Assembly (NCBI GenBank): GCA_950097015.1
Contig: CATNEN010000008.1
Coordinates: 1,116,001 to 1,180,000, forward strand
DNA length: 64,000 nt
Origin: Macrostomum hystrix
Lineage: Eukaryota; Animalia; Platyhelminthes
Direction of reading: 5' to 3'
This document shows, one piece after another, positions 60,810 to 64,000 of the stretch (positions are counted from its first letter, which is position 1; every line of letters begins with the position of its first letter). Below the pieces are notes generated by a model. The model worked only from the letters and a program-made list of their open reading frames with translations, was not told the DNA's origin and did not search any database. Both the position numbers and the translations under genes were made by a program.

Positions 60810-62630
60810 ACTGAATCAATATATCTATGTGCTGATTGATGGACCAATAGATCTATGTGCTGATTGATGGACCAATATATCTATGTGCTGATTGATGGAC
60901 CAATAGATCTATGTGCTGATTGATGGACCAATATATCTATGTGCTGATTGATGGACCAATATATCTATGGGCTGATTGATGGACTAATATATCTATGTGC
61001 TGATTGATGGACCAATATATCTATGTGCTGATTGATGGACCAATATATCTATGGGCTGATTGATAGACTAAAATATCTATGTGCTGATTGATAGACTAAT
61101 ATATCTATGGGCTGATTGATAGACTAAAATATCTATGTGCTGATTGATAGACTAATATATCTATGGGCTGATTGATAGACTAAAATATCTATGTGCTGAT
61201 TGATAGACTAATATATCTATGGGCTGATTGATAGACTAAAATATCTATGTGCTGATTGATAGACTAATATATCTATGTGCTGATTGATGGACCAATATAT
61301 CTATGTGCTGATTGATGGACTAATATATCTATGGGCTGATTGATGGACCAATATATCTATGTGCTGATTGATGGACTAATATATCTATGTGCTGATTGAT
61401 GAATCAATATATCTATGTGCTGATTGATGGACCAATATATCTATGTGCTGATTGATAGACTAATATATCTATGTGCTGATTGATGGACCAATATATCTAT
61501 GTGCTGATTGATGGACCAATATATCTATGTGCTGATTGATGGACCAATATATCTATGTGCTGATTGATGGACCAATATATCTATGTGCTGATTGATGGAC
61601 CAATATATCTATGTGCTGATTGATGGACTAATATATCTATGGGCTTATTGATCGACCAATAGATCTATGTGGTGATTGATAGACTAATATATCTATGTGC
61701 TGATTGATGGACTAATATATCTATGGGCTTATTGATCGACCAATATATCTATGTGCTGATTGATGGACTAATATATCTATGGGCTTATTGATAGACTAAT
61801 ATATCTATGGGCTAATTGATAGACTAATATATCTATGCGCTGATTGATAGACTAATATATCTATGGGCTGATGGATAGACTAATATATCTATGGGCTGAT
61901 TGATAGACTAATATATCTATGGGCTGATTGATAGACTAATAGATCTACGGCTGATTGATAGACTAATAGATCTACGGCTAATTGATAGACTAATAGATCT
62001 ACGGCTGATTGATAGACTAATATATCTATGGGCTAATTGATAGACTAATATATCTATGGGCTGATTGATAGACTAATAGATCTACGGGCTGATTGATAGA
62101 CTAATATATCTATGGGCTGATTGATAGACTAATATATCTATGGGCTGATTGATAGACTAATAGATCTACGGGCTGATTGATAGACTAATATATCTATGGG
62201 CTGATTGATAGACTAATAGATCTACGGCTGATTGATAGACTAATAGATCTACGGCTAATTGATAGACTAATAGATCTACGGCTGATTGATAGACTAATAT
62301 ATCTATGGGCTAATTGATAGACTAATATATCTATGGGCTGATTGATAGACTAATAGATCTACGGGCTGATTGATAGACTAATATATCTATGGGCTGATTG
62401 ATAGACTAATATATCTATGGGCTGATTGATAGACTAATAGATCTACGGGCTGATTGATAGACTAATATATCTATGGGCTGATTGATAGACTAATATATCT
62501 ATGGGCTGATTGATAGACTAATAGATCTACGGCTGATTGATAGACTAATAGATCTACGGCTGATTGATAGACTAATAGATCTATGTGGTGATTGATGGAC
62601 CAATAGATCTATGTGATGATTGATAGACCA
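60810..62630. repeat. 28-bp minisatellite (GCTGATTGATGGACCAATATATCTATGT)n, about 65 units
   Basis: Period 28, with 27-bp variants in the distal half. Confidence 0.95.
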
Positions 62631-64000
62631 ATATATTTGTGTGGTTGTACATACATAAATGGATGATAGACGTGTGAGACCATAACGATATAAAGTAACG
62701 GAATGTAGAAGTTTTGCCAAAATTTTCTCAAACCGTCAGACACGCAATGCGCACTCGTCTAGGCCACTGAATTTGATTGACATAGCAAGTCAAATAATCT
62801 GTCACAGGCAGCGTGGACCTTTGCCAAAAATGAATGAATAATGCAAACATACCGACCATGTCAGCTATGGTTGCATATGAGCAGATGAGTCCTACTCATA
62901 TTTATGGACTATGCATTTGATGCTAGACTTCTCCGATTCAATTTCGTATCAAAAAAACCAGCAAGATACGCTCGTATAGCGACAACGGCCGAGCTTTGCT
63001 TCTGGGATGTGGGACTTGGGGATTAAGCAAGACTAACTAGAGGACGGGCACAGTAAGAAGGAAAATAATTGGGGGTAGCTGGGCCAGGGGCTTTAATCAG
63101 ATTTCTGTCGGCTCTTCTGTATGACAATTGGATTTTAGAATCAGGGCTGACGATTCTTACTGCATATTCGGTAAGCAGTAAGTAATATATATGCATTCTA
63201 TCCTTATGAGACTATAAGGAATATTTTTGACTTATCTATCAAATGCTTGAGTCAATTTGAGACCAAGAAAGTTACATGATTCTCTGGATTCTTTTACTCT
63301 TAACCCTCCCCCAGTCCATGGACTGAACAGCTGTACGAAGGTCCATTCGAAAAGTCTCCGAGCAGCCGCCCCACCTCTAATTCCGTTTCCTCGCCATCTC
63401 AGCTGGTAAAAAAATTTTCTTCCCCCAACCGCTGTTGCAGCGGCCGAGTCACTCGAGACTCAAATAGTCTGTTACAAGACAGCAAGCCAGCTGGGCCAGG
63501 CCCTCTTAACGAGCAGACTGACTCGAAAAGTGGGGAAAGAATTTTTTCGCGGAGAATTTAGGGCTTAAGCGGGACAATTTCTGGAATAGACCTGACGAGG
63601 CCGAATAAGGAAACTGCCTCGAGGGAGAATGAAAATTTTTTATCACCGTTAATTTCTCTCGTATCAATCACAGCCTGGCTACCGGGCTCACAGGACGCTC
63701 TCAGACAAGATTACACTCGAGGGATTATGCTACTACTAGATTATACATGCACGAGTAGTGCTTGACAGTCTCGAATTTCGTGTCAATCTTCAATGCAGTT
63801 GCTTTGAAAAACTAGATTCCCATGTCCTTTAGACTTGTCTTCGAATCCAGTGTTGGGCGCCGACGTGGTGCAAATAAAAACCGATAGACTCTTTTCTTAA
63901 TCCCCGTACTGTTTTCCCTTTTTCTTCTTCTCGTCTTTGCTGGTCGCTCCACATTATCTATTTTTCTGACAAAGAGTATTTTAATATTCTCCCCCTCTCT

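Noticed and set aside
63590-63635. Hammerhead-like CTGACGAGGCCGAATAAGGAAAC
   Set aside because: Stem II is incomplete and stems I and III cannot pair; at most a decayed remnant.
55000-64000. Possible further host exons in the unique stretches (51100-51700, 56050-56350, 58400-59250, 60200-60780, 62700-64000)
   Set aside because: No recognisable motifs in any frame I read; a translated homology search or RNA-seq would be needed.

Overview
This is animal (invertebrate-type) genomic DNA made mostly of minisatellites and transposons, with no prokaryotic genes, CRISPR arrays or rRNA. The species cannot be determined from the sequence. The backbone is two tandem paralogous copies (about 4.0-41.0 kb and 41.1-47.7 kb) of a decaying metabotropic glutamate receptor (class C GPCR) locus. 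Each copy carries, in the same intron, an intact intronless gene for a small secreted beta-trefoil-like protein. The two paralogs are near-identical in their flanks and signal-peptide region, but only about 44% identical in the mature core, with very few synonymous changes. This diversifying-selection signature is the best candidate for a new system in the window. Inserted elements are: (1) a full-length LOA/R1-group LINE whose 5' end is an HDV-like ribozyme fold, plus truncated relatives; (2) a tRNA-derived SINE sharing that LINE group's 3' tail; (3) a Ty3/Gypsy element with a -1 frameshift pseudoknot, plus two solo LTRs co-amplified with a satellite; (4) a BEL/Pao element split by a Penelope-like fragment bearing a hammerhead ribozyme; (5) a degenerate Crypton; (6) a degenerate IS630/Tc1 transposase; (7) a three-LTR tandem non-autonomous LTR element. 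All alignments and folds were done by eye; nothing was searched or computed.
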